A stretch of DNA of 64,000 nt from Octopus sinensis (lineage: Eukaryota), in assembly GCF_006345805.1 (NCBI RefSeq), contig NC_043010.1, forward strand, positions 27,900,001 to 27,964,000, written 5' to 3'. Positions 62,536 to 64,000 of the stretch are shown here, piece by piece. The notes under the pieces are model-generated. The model saw only the letters and a list, made by a program, of their open reading frames with translations, searched no databases and was not told the origin of the DNA. The position numbers were made by a program, and so were the translations under genes. How positions within the stretch are numbered: position 1 is the stretch's first letter; every line of letters begins with the position of its first letter.

Positions 62536-63353
62536 AGATAAGTGTACTGAGAGTTAAGTGTCTTGGACATGGTCACAGCTCAGTGTTGGTGATAGGACGA
62601 TTCCTTGACCAACTGCCCAGTAAAAGTAATAAATTTAATAAATTCTTCATTTTCAAAATTAATTGGATGAAAGACACTGTATTTCAAGAGAAATATAGTA
62701 AAAAAAATGGTCTTTGAAAAAACAAAATTAGACAGTCATGAAACAGGTGTTGTCTTAAAGTGGGTACTATGGGTGCTGCAACACTAGAGCTCATGTGGCC
62801 TCTGGGTCCATGGTTAACTCTTAAAGTCATATACTAAGGATATCTGCACATGTCACCACATACAAAACCACAGCTCAAATTGTGTTGTTACTTCGAAGTA
62901 TCAAAAACTGGAACTAAGCATTCTTTTGTGTAAGAAACAAAGTTTAGCCTCATTATAGAAAGAACTTCCTGTTTGCACCATGTGTGTTTATTTTATTTAT
63001 TATTTTTTTTGTTGTTGTTTTATTGAGTGAATATCTCTTGAAGATTTCTTTCTTTGAATTTCAAGCATAATGGTGGTTAACAGCTGAAGCGATGATATTA
63101 TTTGTTAATGATTTATTTAGGAAACCTGTAATTAGCAGGAAAAAGTGACATGACAACAGCAACAGGTAAAACCCACAGTCACTAAATACACCAATGACCA
63201 TTAATATTGTGTCAGCCTATTTCATCAAAATTCATGCAATGGTTACATTTTTATAGCTTTTTTACTGGACTAACAGCATTCATCAATACTTTTAATTTCT
63301 TACTGGAGGAATAGATTTATATAGAGAAAGCACTACAAGACTTTAAGTGTTAA

Positions 63354-63828
63354 CTCTTCCATTACCATATTTCTGTTGAGATGCTCTGTGTTCCTTTCAG
63401 TTAATTTTAAATATAACAAAGAATTTAGTAAAATAACTTAGTTATCATTCAGCTAGTGTTAGGAACATAAATTGTGACTAAAGTTTGGTGGAAGATTTTA
63501 ATTCAGAACTTAGGAAAATAAGACATTTGTACTATGGAGCCAGAGGTGGTTTCAGCTGGGTTGGTATCAAATGGGTTAAGAATTGTTTCTCCATTATATA
63601 TTTTAACCCTTTTGTTACCATATTTCTGTTGAGATGCTCTGTGTTTCTTTCAATTAATTTTAAATATAACAAAGAATTTATTAAAATAACATAGTTATCA
63701 TTAAGCTAGTGTTAGGAACATAAATTGTGACTAAGGTTTGGTGGAAGATTCTAATTCAGGATTTTTGAAAACAAAACATTTGTACAACAGAGCCAGAGGT
63801 GGTTTCAGGCAGGTTGGTATCAAAAGGG
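63354..63828. mobile_element. Two tandem piggyBac-like MITEs
   Basis: 63354-63575 and 63607-63828, each bounded by TTAA; inverted relative to 58851. Confidence 0.9.
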
Positions 63829-63842
63829 TTAAAATAATTTTG

Positions 63843-63920
63843 TCATGTTTCAATGGGGGTAAGGATCCATTTCTTTAAAACAGCATCCAGGTCTTTTTTC
63901 CACCTTAAGATGGCATGGCC
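63843..63920 (-). other. Candidate exon of a minus-strand gene
   Basis: Strong acceptor TCTCTTACTTTCACGCAG/G; reads GHAILRWKKDLDAVLKKWILTPIET* in phase 0. Confidence 0.3.
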
Positions 63921-64000
63921 CTGCGTGAAAGTAAGAGACACTTAATGTTTGGTAAGTATGCATGTGTTTACATTTGCTCTCTCTGAAATTCACTGGCTAC

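Overview
AT-rich, repeat-saturated eukaryotic genomic DNA. The SINE, LINE and MITE repertoire and the microsatellite load look like an Octopus (cephalopod) genome; this is inferred from remembered repeat families, not from a search. Almost all listed ORFs are microsatellite artefacts or decayed transposon fragments: RTE, R4/Dong-like and Tx1/L1 LINEs, mariner, DD37D maT, hAT and piggyBac MITEs, and a Helentron-type element. One convincing host CDS is present, a single 280-codon coding exon at 55661-56503 (+) encoding an acidic disordered orphan protein. Highlights: (1) about ten Penelope-type type I hammerhead ribozyme motifs from several unrelated families, one with an intact core (4478-4528), one with a predicted pseudoknot (51031-51112), and four within 50.5-52.3 kb; (2) a tRNA-headed SINE whose tail matches a Tx1-like LINE 3' end in the same window and which sits inside another SINE; (3) a 39-bp minisatellite whose variation is mostly synonymous in one frame; (4) an LTR with a heat-shock element, AP-1 sites and TATA box about 700 bp upstream of the gene, and a 150-bp hairpin about 550 bp downstream; (5) a shift from CpG-rich to CpG-depleted DNA around 28-34 kb. 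Edges of degenerate repeats are approximate (about 10-20 bp).
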